Assembly: GCA_032718475.1 (NCBI GenBank) | Contig: JAUCBJ010003467.1 | Span: forward strand, 62,001-126,000 | Length of the DNA: 64,000 nucleotides | Direction of reading: 5' to 3' | Source: Nemertoderma westbladi | Taxonomy: Eukaryota; Animalia; Xenacoelomorpha | Part shown: in pieces, positions 22,901 to 32,390 of the stretch | Layout of the letters: the number at the start of each line of letters is the position of its first letter | How positions within the stretch are numbered: position 1 is the first letter of the stretch | Program-made: the position numbers and the translations under genes | The notes under the pieces: generated by a model | What the model was told of the DNA's origin: nothing | Seen by the model: only the letters and a program-made list of their open reading frames with translations | Database searches by the model: none

Positions 22901-25900
22901 CATCAGATGATGTATATCCCTGTCTTTTGGGAGTAGATCGACTCATCATCTGCATTTGACTAGCTGTTAACTGTTTATTTATGCAGTCTTGATTCTCTTG
23001 AATATTTTCCAACTCTAGTTGGGTGGTCTCTTCAGATGTTCTTTGTTCTGCTTCTGCCACTGCCTCTGCCGCTTTTCTTTCCGCTTCGGCCGCTGCCACT
23101 GCCGCTTTTCTTTCCGCTTTGGCCGCTGCCACTGCCGCTGCTACTGCCGCTTTTCTTTCCGCTTCGGCCGCTGCCACTGCCGCTTTTCTTTCCGCTTCTG
23201 CCGCTGCCACTGCCCGCTGCCGCTGCTGTTGTCTTTCTGTACGTTTTTTCTTGACTTGTTCTTCTTGGACCCTAGCGATGCGGAGTCTTTCATCAAATTT
23301 AGCTTGGTTCGCAGCTAACATTTCCACATCGATTGCGTCCAACACAAGCTTGGCTCCTTCACTATTAGGGCGAAGTCCAGACAACCGTCTCCTCAACTCT
23401 TCGTCACCTACAAATCGTTGATAGTCTGACAGATAGATGTCAATAGCATCCCTCTTATGCGGTTTTTCTGCTGTCACTTCACTTTCCACTTGGGAAAAGG
23501 TAGCGTCTGTTGATTCTCCATGGGTTGAGCGCTCAGCCAGCTGAGATTACTACTGGGCAGTTCCTTGAACTTGGAGACTCACCCGCTGAAACCAAGTCTT
23601 TACGGCAACTTGCAACGACGTGTCTTGTCTTCTTTTCGAAGCCTCCTCAAAGGCCGATAAGATTAGTCTGATTCGTAGAATTCTTTCTCTAACTTGATAA
23701 AGCAGCTCTCCCTGCTCTTGAGGTCCTTGGGGTTGTCGAAACAGTTGTTCCTCTAATCGCTCCATAGAGCTGAAGAATCCCTGTACGTATCCTGCTGCTG
23801 ACCTCTTCCACACAGCTGGAACGCTGGTTTCTTTTGTCACTCCCATCCTGTGTATGTCTTCCCAGGCAGCTTCCGATAAGTCATACGGTAGTCCGGGTCC
23901 GGGGAAGTTCCATTGCGACTCGACAATAGACTTCAGTTCTTCCCTTGTATATCCCGCATAACTATCCTTGGTCGATCGCTTACTTCTCGCCCAATCAATC
24001 TGGTGTTCCTCCACCGCAATCAATACCCTAGTGAGTACGGCTGCAGGAAGGATGAGAAGGGGATCCGAATAAACCGCATCTGCCATCCTTGCTCCGCACT
24101 CGGGTGTCAGCTCTACAGTATCCGCACTACTGGAGCTGTCGGGCCGCTGAAAAATAAGTTCTCGGCTCGAGTGTTGCTGCTGTTCCGCTGCTTCTTGGTC
24201 CCGCTTGACCTGAGCTCGAGTGCCTATGATAGACCTATGGTGTTGGACTAGCCTAGGGTCTGATACTACTACTGGAGGGATGATCTTTCTTACAGTAGGA
24301 GGTGAGTTGAACTTCGGTCTCACGCGTTCCACACTCCTGTCTGGGTCACAGATGGTTGTATCTAGGAGACTGTCTGACAGGTTTTGCTTTGTGTCAGACA
24401 TGTTTGTTTGTACAGTTGAATGCCTACTGCTATATTACAGTTTAAGCAAGTCTAGTAATTCAGTATCACCGTTAGCCTAGTAATTAATTACCGATATCGT
24501 TACTCTATGTAACGTGATATATATACAATATATTAGAATACCGGTATACACTTATAGTATATATAAGTATAATTATGGACTAGAATTAATTACAGAATAC
24601 CGGTATATAATTTCAGCACAAATATATAGAAATATATAATAGGCCTATATCGTAAATACCGGTATACTATACAGCTTACACTTATAGTATATATAAGTAT
24701 AATTATGGACTAGAATTAATTACAGAATACCGGTATAATTTCAGCCTAAATTTGTAGAAATAAATATAATAAGCCTATTGTAAATACCGGTATATCAATT
24801 ATTTTAGAATAATTGAATTTCTGAATTTTAGGGGTTACTTGGTTACTTTCCTTTACTTTATTACCGTTATTTAAGCAGTAGTCCAACTGATATTAAGACC
24901 TAATTGTTGTATGACAGGCCTACTATTTTATAAATCGGTTTGAGTTGATTTATAATATATATACCCCTATAATGGGTTTTGTCAATATTTGAAATAAATG
25001 TTATTATTTCTGGGAAGGAGTCACTGCACAGAAGCTGTACGCTCTCAGTGGAGTGCTACTTGTTGGATACTAAAACAAATAATTCTAATTTACCTAAGTT
25101 ACTTAATACTACAAATTACGTACAATTCGGGGTGAGATTACAATCTCTAAATAAACACAAAAAATTACACGTACAAATTTTTAGGGTAATTTTACAAGGA
25201 GTCTACAAACCAGCCTAACAAAGGGTTAGAATATCTGGTTATTACAAACAGACAGGGTACTACGGTATTTGAAAATAACAAAGCAGTAGTAAATATACTG
25301 CATTGTCCAGATAGGAAAAATACCACCGTCTGACGACTTATAGCCGTATCGCTATAAGTACTACGTTATGTATCACGGAGTGTTCCTACCTAGAAGTTAA
25401 TTACCGCGGTCTACCAGAACCAACGTGCCTATTAACCACTTTACAACACAAATATACTGCCTACACACTAATTACCTTCGGAAAGCACTGTACACTAAAC
25501 CCTAAATTAGGTACAAGTACTTATACGACAAATAATCAGCAGTTAGAAATACTTGTACAGCTAAAAGAACCACGGTATCTGCTGGAGTGACCGGGGCATA
25601 AAATCACCAGTCTTTACCTACGCCAAGCAGCCCTGATGTAGTACCGAGGTTAATTTAACTATAACGGTATGTATAACAAGCACAATTACTGTAGGAATAA
25701 ACTTGGGTTGTGAATGTTGCGAATAATCGCATAAACTCTGAATAATAAATATTACGCTACGCGTACAGACTACTCAAACAAAATACAGACCAAACGCTGG
25801 CAGACTACTATCAAGCCTAAACAAACTACAGTATATGCAGACTCCGAAATGGTTAGTTATTATGCGTTCTAACCGAGTAGTACGACTTATTCTTTCAAGG

Positions 25901-28900
25901 GGATTTACCTCACAACACTGGAAGCCCCTACGTTCCTAACTAGTACTTTATCGGACATACACTCTACAGACACCGCAATCTCTTCAGACCTAACAACAGC
26001 CAGACAATAATCCAGCCTACAAATTATCTAAATAAGAAATATTACGCTACCCGTACAGACTACACAAACAAAATACAGACCAAACGCTGGCAGACTACTA
26101 TCAAGTCCAAACAAACTACAGTATATGCAGACTCCAAAATGGTTAGTTAGTATGCGTTCTAACCGAGTAGTACGACTTATTCTTTTGAGGGGATTTACCT
26201 CACAGCACTGGAAGCCCCTACTTTCCTAACTAGTACTTTATCGGACATACACTCTACACACACTACAACCTCTTTAGACTTAACAACAGTCAGACAACAG
26301 TCCAGCCTACAAATTATCTGTACAATCTGAGCAGGCTTACACATCTTCTGCTCAATATTAACCTACAAATAAATAAAACTGACAGAAATAGGCCTAAGTA
26401 AAATCCCAATAAAAACCAGGCGTCCCCGATTACTTATTAAGACCTACCAGTATATAATTATCAAAATCGAATAATACTGCTGTACTTGTACTGCTGTAAG
26501 TACCGGTCCGGGTGGTTAGGTAGTCAGGCCTACTAAGTACCGGTCGACCGGTACTTCAGCTTTATTGCCTACTGCAATACAGAAGCAATATCTGTTATTG
26601 TTCGCGCTTTCAGACCTTTAGCAGTTTAACCTGCCAAATTTAGATGTCTTCTAGATTATAAATCGACTTTAGCCTATGACGAGTATTTGATACACTACAT
26701 TAGCCGAAGCCAGTCTATGCGCGACCATTCACCCACTGGATATACCCGGGAGACTGGATTCGGAAGCTTTGACCTTATTGCGGTGTAGGCCTACTGTATT
26801 ATTCGACTGATCGTTAATATATAATCTCTGACCAATATTATTCACTTTCGGGAAATATTAACAGTTCCTTTAGGACGTGGCGCTCTAAATATGTAAACAG
26901 AGTTATGACTTACACTAGACACAACAGGATGGCTATGGATTCACGTATAAAGCGCATTCTTTAGGAGATGCTTTGTTATCAGTCACAATCAGGCACACTA
27001 CCGCACAATACTGCACACCGATCTGCCGACCTTCACTAATTTTAGTCACATATAAAGAGAACAGCAAACGACTCATGTAGTGCCTATGAAATAGCATTAG
27101 ATTCACTCCAAAACCAATATAATGTAAGTCGCAATTGTTATATGTAACCGGTCTCTTACCTTCAGTATATCAAGAAGATTGGGGGTTTTATAATTATTTA
27201 TCGATATTATCCAAATATAATAATATTCCATCAACTGATATAATTAATAACCAACAGTAAATAGCAGTAAAAATGCGGTGTGGTATGTTAGATTGGATTG
27301 ATTGATTAGTTTGATAACAGATATACGTTTCTATGATCAAGCCTACTAATGTTTGGCTAAAGCCTGAAAACACAGAAATTCCAAAGCCAGTCTTCTGGCA
27401 TCAGGAAAAAAGGTAAACATTGACCCATAATGCATTGCGCGATTTCCCGGAGGTTTCTGTACAAAAAACAGGAGAATCGCTCTGATTGGTTGTCCGAACA
27501 AAGGAACAAAGAAAAAGCTACACGTGTACATATCAGCTGTTAGCTGTCGTCATAGTAACTACACTGTGTCAAGAGGATTTTAGCGTATTGCGACATAAAA
27601 TTGCTAGTTATGTCCGCTAAAGTACACATACAGAAGAAATGGCTTTTTATGTCCACTAAAACACCGGTACAGTAAGGAAACGGCTTTTTATGTCCGTTAA
27701 ACCAACTACAGAGTACTTTGCGGGGAAAATAACCAGCTAATTCCGCAAAAGCTTTTACAATTTGAGATCGGGATTGCAACTGTCGGGATCCCGATTTTCG
27801 GCATCGGGATTTTTAATTTTATTGCGGCCAACTCATCTAAAACTTAAAATAGCTATCTGCCCTGCCAAAGAACAAAAATGCAACAAGACAAGAATGCTTT
27901 ATAGGAGTAAAAATAATCGATTTTCGATATTCTCAATGTGCAGCTTCAATGCAGCAGGCTGATTGTAGTGGTAGTCGTATTAAATAAAGTATAGGGTGTG
28001 GGATTGAATGTGTATCTTTTACTTTCAGGGAAAAGTATAAGAATCAACTGGAGCAGAATAACAAATAAATAAAAAGATTTAGAAAGATCTACTTTTTTCC
28101 ATAGGGTTCACAGCCAGTTTATTTCCCACGTACGTATTTCATTTAATTCGTGTTAAATATAATTTCAGCAACATTTTTAATAGAAATATACTTTTCATGC
28201 CCTATATTTTTTATTTATTATGCCATATTTAATTTTATTACTTTTTATGCCTTATATTTTTTACTCGTTTCCCATATTTATGTAGGCCAAACAGTAACAC
28301 GGTACAATGTACAATAAGGTGGAGTGATTTGCACTTTTTTTCGAATTTGTGTTGGAACCGGTGTGGGAAAGTTGTGAAATCGGTCAAAAATAACTACTTC
28401 AAAGTTTTACAAAATTTCATCAAAATCTTCACCTCTCTCACGACTTTCCAAAATTTGAAAATTGATGCGCGCCTTCAAAAATTTTAAAATTTTGTAATTT
28501 CATGCAAGCCTTTATTTTTTACTGAACCATGCAACAGTATCTTTAAAATGAGTCAATGGGAGCTGTGAAAACCTTTGATCTATTTTGGTTTATATCTTCA
28601 CCTCCCTCCAGAGGTGACAAAATGGATAAAAAAAGTGCAAAAATTTAAAGTACTCTTGTACTTCCAAGTACTATTTTAAACCTACTGCGTACTTGATTTG
28701 CTAAACATTACCACAAATACTAATAAAGAGATTGCGGGATTTTTAAAATTGTTGTTGATGAGTGTACTGTCAGGTGATGGCATTCTGAAATCAGTAATTC
28801 ACTTTTTACATACTCTAAAGTCAGTCTTGACATACTGACATAACATGTTAGTATTAGTACTGTATGTCATTTCAGAATTTACTTTTGCTACTTGTATCGA

Positions 28901-31900
28901 TTTATCAAAGACCAAAATGATCAATTGTACCAGAAACATAACTGTCATCTTTAACTAGGTAGGCCTAACTGTTTCTGGTACACACAACTGTGTTTAGTGA
29001 ACAGCTTGCTAGGGCAATTTATTAGCAAAATTTGGACAGTAGGCCTATACACAAATTTCAAATTAGAATTCATGGACATACATGTAAGTCTAATCTCACT
29101 ATTAGTTATTGAACACTAATATAAGTTATAAGTTAAACTTGAAAGCTGGTCACTTCAACATGTCAGTGGATCTTACACCATCAACAAGTGGAATACGTAT
29201 TGATACAAGGCCTAAGTGTCCTATATTTGGGTATGCAACGGAACTGCCTAAAAATAAGCTGCCTACATATCGTGACATATTGCTTTGCTTTCTAAACTTG
29301 CGACAACCATTTAGACGAGGAACAGCTGGAAATAAAAAAACTGCTGAAATATCTGCCAGTGTTGCCAAACGCAAACATGTTGCAGAGGTGTGGCACCGAG
29401 CATCCATTCCAACAATGCATTATAAAAAGTTAATCCAGAAGGTATCAAAATATTACGAAAAGTACCAGAAACTCCTTAAGAACATTAAGGGTCGTTCTCA
29501 GACTGAGGCTTTTAAGTTAAAGTTAATCGATTTTAAAACGGGTGGAGATTTGTTATTCGATGTTGCTTCCTGTAGGTGTGTAAACTTTGTAGAATGTCAT
29601 TGTGATAAAGCTCTAAAGATACCTATTATAGAACGTGCATTCATTACTGACCAAAGAAGTTCTCGACGAATGGCCATTGGAGGGGTGGATATCAAGGAAA
29701 CTGAATTGAGACATAAACGCAACCTTCGGAAACAGGCTAATAGAGCTACTAACCTCGGTGACAATGCTACAGATCCTGTCCAAGTTGATACTGATTCCAG
29801 TTCTATAGCATCTGATCCAGATTCTGATAATGATTTTGTAGCCACAATTCGAAAACAAAGTAAACCATCATTATCCAGGTTATCTAGAGAGTGTGACCGG
29901 TATGGAGTGTCAGACCGTGCTGGTGCAGCTATTGCTACGGCCATTCTTGAAGATATTGGCATGGTTGGTCAGGAATCTTCTGATCTTGTTGTAGATCGCT
30001 CAAAGTTACGTAGAGAACGTTCAAAGCACCGTGCAGGTTTACAAAGTTCCATAGTTGTCGAAGTCAAAGGCCTCTACTTTGATGGGAAAAAGAACAGCAC
30101 TAGAACACAGACAAAGGTAGGAACTAGAGTCTTCCCACGAATGAAAAGTGAAAATCATATTGCTCTGGTAGAAGAACCTGGTTCAAAGTATCTTGGGCAT
30201 GTGGCGGCAATTTCAGAAAAGTCGGTAGATGTACTTAATTCAATAGAAAGTTTTTTCAATCGAAATGACATTGCGATTATTGATCTAGATTGTGTGGGGA
30301 GTGATGGCACTAATGTAAATACAGGTAAGAATAGAGGCATCATCCGCCGTCTGGAAGAATCAGTGAAGCACCCAGTCTGTTGGTTCATTTGTTTACTTCA
30401 TTGTAATGAATTACCATTACGTCATTTATTTTCTCACTTGGATGGCACAACATCTGGTCCGAACACATTTACTGGGCCAATAGGAGGTCAGCTGGCATTG
30501 TGTCACCATCAACCAATTGTGAAATTTAAAGCCATTGATGGACCACATCTATCACCGATTCTAGACAAATATAAGGACCTCAGCAGTGATCAGAAGTATC
30601 TGTATGAGATAGTGCATGCTGTTAAGTCTGGCAGCTGTTCTGACACTATTGCACATTGGACCCCAGGTCCAATATCCCATTCCAGATGGTTAACGGTAGC
30701 CAGTCGTCTCCTTCGTCTCTATGTATCCACTCAGGAACCCACTGACACATTAGTAACGCTGTCCACATTTGTTATTAAGGTGTATGCACCACTATGGTTT
30801 GAAATCAAAGTTAACTGGTTATTCTTTCATGGAGCTTGTCATTTAGCTAAGATGATTTCCTATAGTAACTACTTACCAGATCATCTTAAATCAATTGTCC
30901 AAGATGTCATTCAGAGAAATGGGTATTTTGGACATCCTGAGAACATTCTTCTCGCGATGATTTATGATGAAAACAAATACATCCGTCAGCTAGGGTATAG
31001 ACGAATTCTTGCCGCCAAAAGAGAGTTTGACGCCAGAGAAGACCCCATACAAAAAATTCGGGTATTTGCACCACCGCCATTAAACTTTGACATCACTGAA
31101 TCAGATTACATCGGACTTGTTGATTGGTCAGTAGTAAAGAAATCTGTTCCTCCATTGTTGCGCAAGCTTACTGTTGAGGAGTTGACTGTACTCTGTACCT
31201 CTGGTGACATCATCGATCTACCAAAATTTCCCCATCACACTCAAGCTGTAGAAAGGATTATACGACTGATATCACAAGCAGCTTCTACACTTGTTGGTGG
31301 AGACCGTCGTGATGGCTACATAAGTTCGAAGTTGGAGTCCCGGTCTTTGATTCCTTCATACCAAACAAAGAAAGACTATAAATTCACTACCTAAACTATG
31401 ATCATTCAACTCAACTCTTAAATCTGCAGAGCCGTGTCCGTCTGTAGACTATGTAATATAAACTGATTAATGGTAGTCTTGGGGGCAATTTAAATCAGTA
31501 TTATATACTTGAATGTCATATAGTATAATGGTTCATTCAGAAATAAATAAATTGAATATTGTTGTAGTCCAAAGTTATTTAAGTTTCTCATAATTTACGA
31601 AAGCTCATTTGACATTTTTGACACATTGCACCCCAAATTGTTAACAATTGACATCCCTTGAGGGAGGTGAAGATGTTAACCAAAATTTTTAAAAAAATTT
31701 TGCGGTTACTTTTGACTCTTTTGAAAGATTTTATTGCCAGGTTCAGTCAAAAATAAACGCTTGTATCAAATTACAAAATTTTAAACATTTTTGAAGGCGC
31801 GCACCAATTTTCAAATTTTTGAAGGTTGTGAGAGAGGTGAAGATGTTGATGAAATTTTATGAAACTTTGTAATAGTTATTTTTGACCTATTTCACAACTT

Positions 31901-32390
31901 TCCCACCCCGGTTCCAACTCAAATTCGAAAAAAAGTGCAAATCACTCCATCTTACTAAATAACCCCCCCCCCCCCCCCCCCCACCCCTTAATGATGAGAA
32001 ATCATTTATATTTTTCGTACCAGTAAATAAATAATACTGTATTAGGTAGATTTAATTACTTATTCGTTGCTTGCTTAATTTTATGTGTGAATTTGTGTTT
32101 AAACAAAATATTTGGCAAAATGTAATTAATAATCTTAAAAATGCTGCCATCGAAATTACAAAATATATTTAATCTAGGAAGTAAAGTTTGACTGCTATTC
32201 AATCAAAGGAGAGGTTTTGGCGTTAGTCAAGGATTCCAATACTGGTACAAAGCTCGACCAGATGAGATTGTCACCGGTAGATGTGTATCGCGGTAACGAT
32301 GGTTTCACTACTGAGGGTGCCTCGGATGGCGAGATCATTTACTTAAAAAAATGTCATGAAACAGAAGTGAAGAAAGAAATTGTTGGATAA
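10916..32390 (+). CDS. Candidate spliced host gene of unknown function; exons 10915-10971, (11015-11053), 11313-11424, 32178-32390
   Basis: AG/GT boundaries (tcag|A ATG; AC|gtatgt; tactttcag|G; AAG|gtatgt; aatctag|GAA) have compatible phases and give an open frame MHSVKVVGPCGF..EKYKNQLEQNILCRITDFEDDF..EVKFDCYSIKGEVL..KEIVG*. AATAAA lies ~40 nt after the stop. No homology recognised; the 39-nt exon may instead be LINE sequence. Confidence 0.4.
11095..11250 (+). mobile_element. RTE-clade (RTE-X-like) LINE 3' ORF fragment
   Basis: Translates to HLRFAGHCFRREDQPV..LVLWQPHG; matches the copy at 56455-56795. Confidence 0.7.
11484..12644 (-). repeat. 3' LTR of the BEL element
   Basis: Direct repeat of 26599-27759 (offset 15115). 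Confidence 0.95.
12723..14438 (-). pseudogene. Extra 3' (env-position) coding region of the BEL element, broken into several ORFs; unknown product
   Basis: ORFs 14438-13935 (frameshifted copy of 17732-17112), 13606-13361 and 13166-12723, with open protein-like stretches between them (e.g. VTEAEERVVRNVLDTIFQKIRKG...), all on the element's sense strand. Confidence 0.5.
16111..16838 (-). pseudogene. Duplicated C-terminal fragment of the BEL polyprotein
   Basis: Near-identical to 19405-20132 (QWRYCPETINLADIASRG ... RPVGRLCLLE); no upstream part. Confidence 0.85.
17112..17732 (-). CDS. 206-aa hydrophilic ORF of unknown function inside the BEL element
   Basis: ATG-initiated ORF downstream of gag-PR; no signal peptide or TM segment evident; the frame stays open past single stops. 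Confidence 0.5.
   Translation of the reverse strand: MTELIEDDLGIRERYTLPLQAFVDSLIHGDAGPTTTEDDGRYIEPPMSQEQLTRELDYRKFTARYTHRNGTYMDFLTTGHPIDLHDTDDVDTEREMVLFKYPTQRSRNDKPRMEHENSIRNRLEREDVEEPDKRSDFNDYLEFLRETYLNIASQQNLETRYPQGIHHDPMIELKRLYFTMMYLTADRPLPVIPDSFEQMEEHCKTE
19405..22821 (-). CDS. BEL/Pao Gag-protease polyprotein with internally deleted pol
   Basis: DUF1759-like Gag (KFNGDEMKWLPF...EKLRFLIECLEG); BEL triple knuckle (CALCDGPHRLSAC / CYNCFRQGHQRRTC / CAKCGAKHHILLH); protease LLDSGST; then directly the RNase H tail QWRYC..NLADIASRG and the BEL C-terminal motif RPVGRLCLL. Confidence 0.9.
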   Translation of the reverse strand: MPDLPPAVRRQLTNTDLGSTEPTDQIIKIERLPTIVDEPEIIRPILEATPSVIETPVLPEPTSKFPLHSTKLPVPHRTTPENVHVLDSERNINDLSLVVPRPPATTLAPPASAVEWVDEGRREMGLLLGQLREHRSCSSQQVQEMGKTVQQLKGTIREGRLELQEVQQSIALERDKLVNLQKGIPPPPVTMCQPVRSEVFHAQGVEPTRIYTASEVETPIVNPIKGNYKSIDNDIPYRPDHNPRNLYTNNSILNNTMAQESFTRQMARTEARQAVKVGEIVKFNGDEMKWLPFNEYYKDNIQNSVLSNGEKLRFLIECLEGSPKLMALKFIGHPDGLRQVWDTLNIRYGNRNNIARYLYAKLVAPRKFISSGIIEFSDEIQEICRQLDWLGKSHEYQSSMVIGAVASTLPKGGVGTRWDKKVLYMMEQQRRDPTMADLMSFLDGEVKLQLLKQSREKTPENKVSEKPVSRRKVTPVCYTDDGESQASQEEDSGKDTERSYYVNKAPKDVSKFKSQTNDRREQVRITPPTSPKRIHVRKPEERTSVHNVTQNKVSNIKPKCALCDGPHRLSACDEFLRKSLKDRREVMWDKRLCYNCFRQGHQRRTCYSDARCAKCGAKHHILLHTEFERNSPSQVSESELHVQFSDVNDTDQSSEMEGFYTDEFSDENESCYQINTAVYRALTYKRDTDSELLLTTSDRQPSWKAPTSNVGIREFPVVQLRVHGPERSYIVNALLDSGSTGTFIDKELAEDIFAGQPKFRTKLNMSGIMQVWKSTVIADYYVGALSTPQDELGEHSIRSVKMVAIKNFATSQVEPYNWDEDDFTQQLNIPRFSTDYPGVQILIGQNAHEALETLEKRPAQPQPLQAYAGRTRVGWYFTGPSRRTLMERLPKERVYQVSEWESESSEVDDPTEGTPYSSDNDDINSNVDQWRYCPETINLADIASRGATPQELTDTPDWLGGPDFLSKEDEWPPHLTTAEIRQAKGAEKVKPKTRTSKSRLFKPVIDLSVLHIARDDAVDLNSPTANRSVVEIRERDWRSGTPDVSPGLSPLLPGAMDHYRSWNRLCKAVVYLKRCFYRHYSRTKRKPGIVFETQQLNRPVGRLCLLEPDRELSGNYGRQDTLPTTTSLIQQTSRDSPT
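22785..23489 (-). CDS. BEL upstream Gag segment 2, coiled-coil with AEAERKAAVAA repeats
   Basis: Same frame as 24401-23550 after TAG TAA; 33-bp coding repeat at ~23050-23215; overlaps the main ORF in the -1 frame. Confidence 0.6.
   Translation of the reverse strand: MESEVTAEKPHKRDAIDIYLSDYQRFVGDEELRRRLSGLRPNSEGAKLVLDAIDVEMLAANQAKFDERLRIARVQEEQVKKKRTERQQQRQRAVAAAEAERKAAVAAAEAERKAAVAAAVAAAKAERKAAVAAAEAERKAAEAVAEAEQRTSEETTQLELENIQENQDCINKQLTASQMQMMSRSTPKRQGYTSSDEGDTTDPEGGGNRSRLNRRRRMSHRRNCLICPQLLEGN
23550..24401 (-). CDS. BEL upstream ORF / Gag segment 1 (283 aa)
   Basis: First long ATG ORF after the ~2.2-kb leader; ends in tandem TAG TAA. Confidence 0.65.
   Translation of the reverse strand: MSDTKQNLSDSLLDTTICDPDRSVERVRPKFNSPPTVRKIIPPVVVSDPRLVQHHRSIIGTRAQVKRDQEAAEQQQHSSRELIFQRPDSSSSADTVELTPECGARMADAVYSDPLLILPAAVLTRVLIAVEEHQIDWARSKRSTKDSYAGYTREELKSIVESQWNFPGPGLPYDLSEAAWEDIHRMGVTKETSVPAVWKRSAAGYVQGFFSSMERLEEQLFRQPQGPQEQGELLYQVRERILRIRLILSAFEEASKRRQDTSLQVAVKTWFQRVSLQVQGTAQ
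25741..26320. repeat. 290-bp direct tandem duplication in the BEL 5' leader (shorter repeats also at 24535-24795)
   Basis: AAATATTACGCTAC..CAGACCAAACGCTGGCAGACTACTATCAAG.. starts at 25747 and 26037. Confidence 0.9.
26588..26598 (-). promoter_or_regulatory. Non-tRNA primer-binding site, candidate self-priming PBS (ATAACAGATAT)
   Basis: Abuts the 5' LTR end, lacks TGG, and is the exact reverse complement of minus-strand LTR sequence at 27324-27314. Confidence 0.65.
26599..27759 (-). repeat. 5' LTR of the BEL element
   Basis: Direct repeat of 11484-12644; contains AACCAATCAG (minus strand, ~27482-27491) and CACGTG (~27521) in the putative U3. Confidence 0.95.
28315..31954 (+). mobile_element. 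hATm-type DNA transposon with long imperfect TIRs, potentially autonomous
   Basis: TAAGGTGGAGTGATTTGCACTTTTTTTCGAATTTG.. is inverted at ..CAAATTCGAAAAAAAGTGCAAATCACTCCATCTTA, with inverted similarity over ~300 bp; single internal ORF. No clean 8-bp TSD (ATGTACAA vs CTAAATAA). Confidence 0.85.
29160..31394 (+). CDS. hAT (hATm-like) DDE transposase, 744 aa from the first ATG
   Basis: Motifs LYFDG, GSDGTNVNTG, CLLHCNELPLRHLF, HSRWLT, GYFGHPENILLAM, FPHHTQAVER. Confidence 0.9.
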   Translation: MSVDLTPSTSGIRIDTRPKCPIFGYATELPKNKLPTYRDILLCFLNLRQPFRRGTAGNKKTAEISASVAKRKHVAEVWHRASIPTMHYKKLIQKVSKYYEKYQKLLKNIKGRSQTEAFKLKLIDFKTGGDLLFDVASCRCVNFVECHCDKALKIPIIERAFITDQRSSRRMAIGGVDIKETELRHKRNLRKQANRATNLGDNATDPVQVDTDSSSIASDPDSDNDFVATIRKQSKPSLSRLSRECDRYGVSDRAGAAIATAILEDIGMVGQESSDLVVDRSKLRRERSKHRAGLQSSIVVEVKGLYFDGKKNSTRTQTKVGTRVFPRMKSENHIALVEEPGSKYLGHVAAISEKSVDVLNSIESFFNRNDIAIIDLDCVGSDGTNVNTGKNRGIIRRLEESVKHPVCWFICLLHCNELPLRHLFSHLDGTTSGPNTFTGPIGGQLALCHHQPIVKFKAIDGPHLSPILDKYKDLSSDQKYLYEIVHAVKSGSCSDTIAHWTPGPISHSRWLTVASRLLRLYVSTQEPTDTLVTLSTFVIKVYAPLWFEIKVNWLFFHGACHLAKMISYSNYLPDHLKSIVQDVIQRNGYFGHPENILLAMIYDENKYIRQLGYRRILAAKREFDAREDPIQKIRVFAPPPLNFDITESDYIGLVDWSVVKKSVPPLLRKLTVEELTVLCTSGDIIDLPKFPHHTQAVERIIRLISQAASTLVGGDRRDGYISSKLESRSLIPSYQTKKDYKFTT

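Larger units (their letters stand above)
11484..27759 (-). mobile_element. Full-length, non-autonomous BEL/Pao LTR retrotransposon (16.3 kb)
   Basis: Two 1161-bp TG...CA LTRs differing at about a dozen positions; 5-bp TSD ATTTG at 11479-11483 and 27760-27764; purine tract TGGGAGCGG abutting the 3' LTR; BEL-type Gag, zinc knuckles and protease; no RT or integrase core. Confidence 0.95.
11439..27830. mobile_element. Small hAT-like MITE remnant (CGGGAT subterminal motifs) split by the BEL insertion
   Basis: TAGTGGTGCGACGGGAATAACGGGATCC..CGGGATTTG to the left of the LTR continues as ATTTGAGATCGGGATTG..CGGGATCCCG..CGGGATTT to the right. Confidence 0.5.

Noticed and set aside
12723-24401. Alternative genetic code or stop readthrough to explain in-frame stops in the BEL element
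   Set aside because: Host genes end on TAA (CENP-A), TGA (Derlin) and TAG (PGS1), so all three stops work normally.
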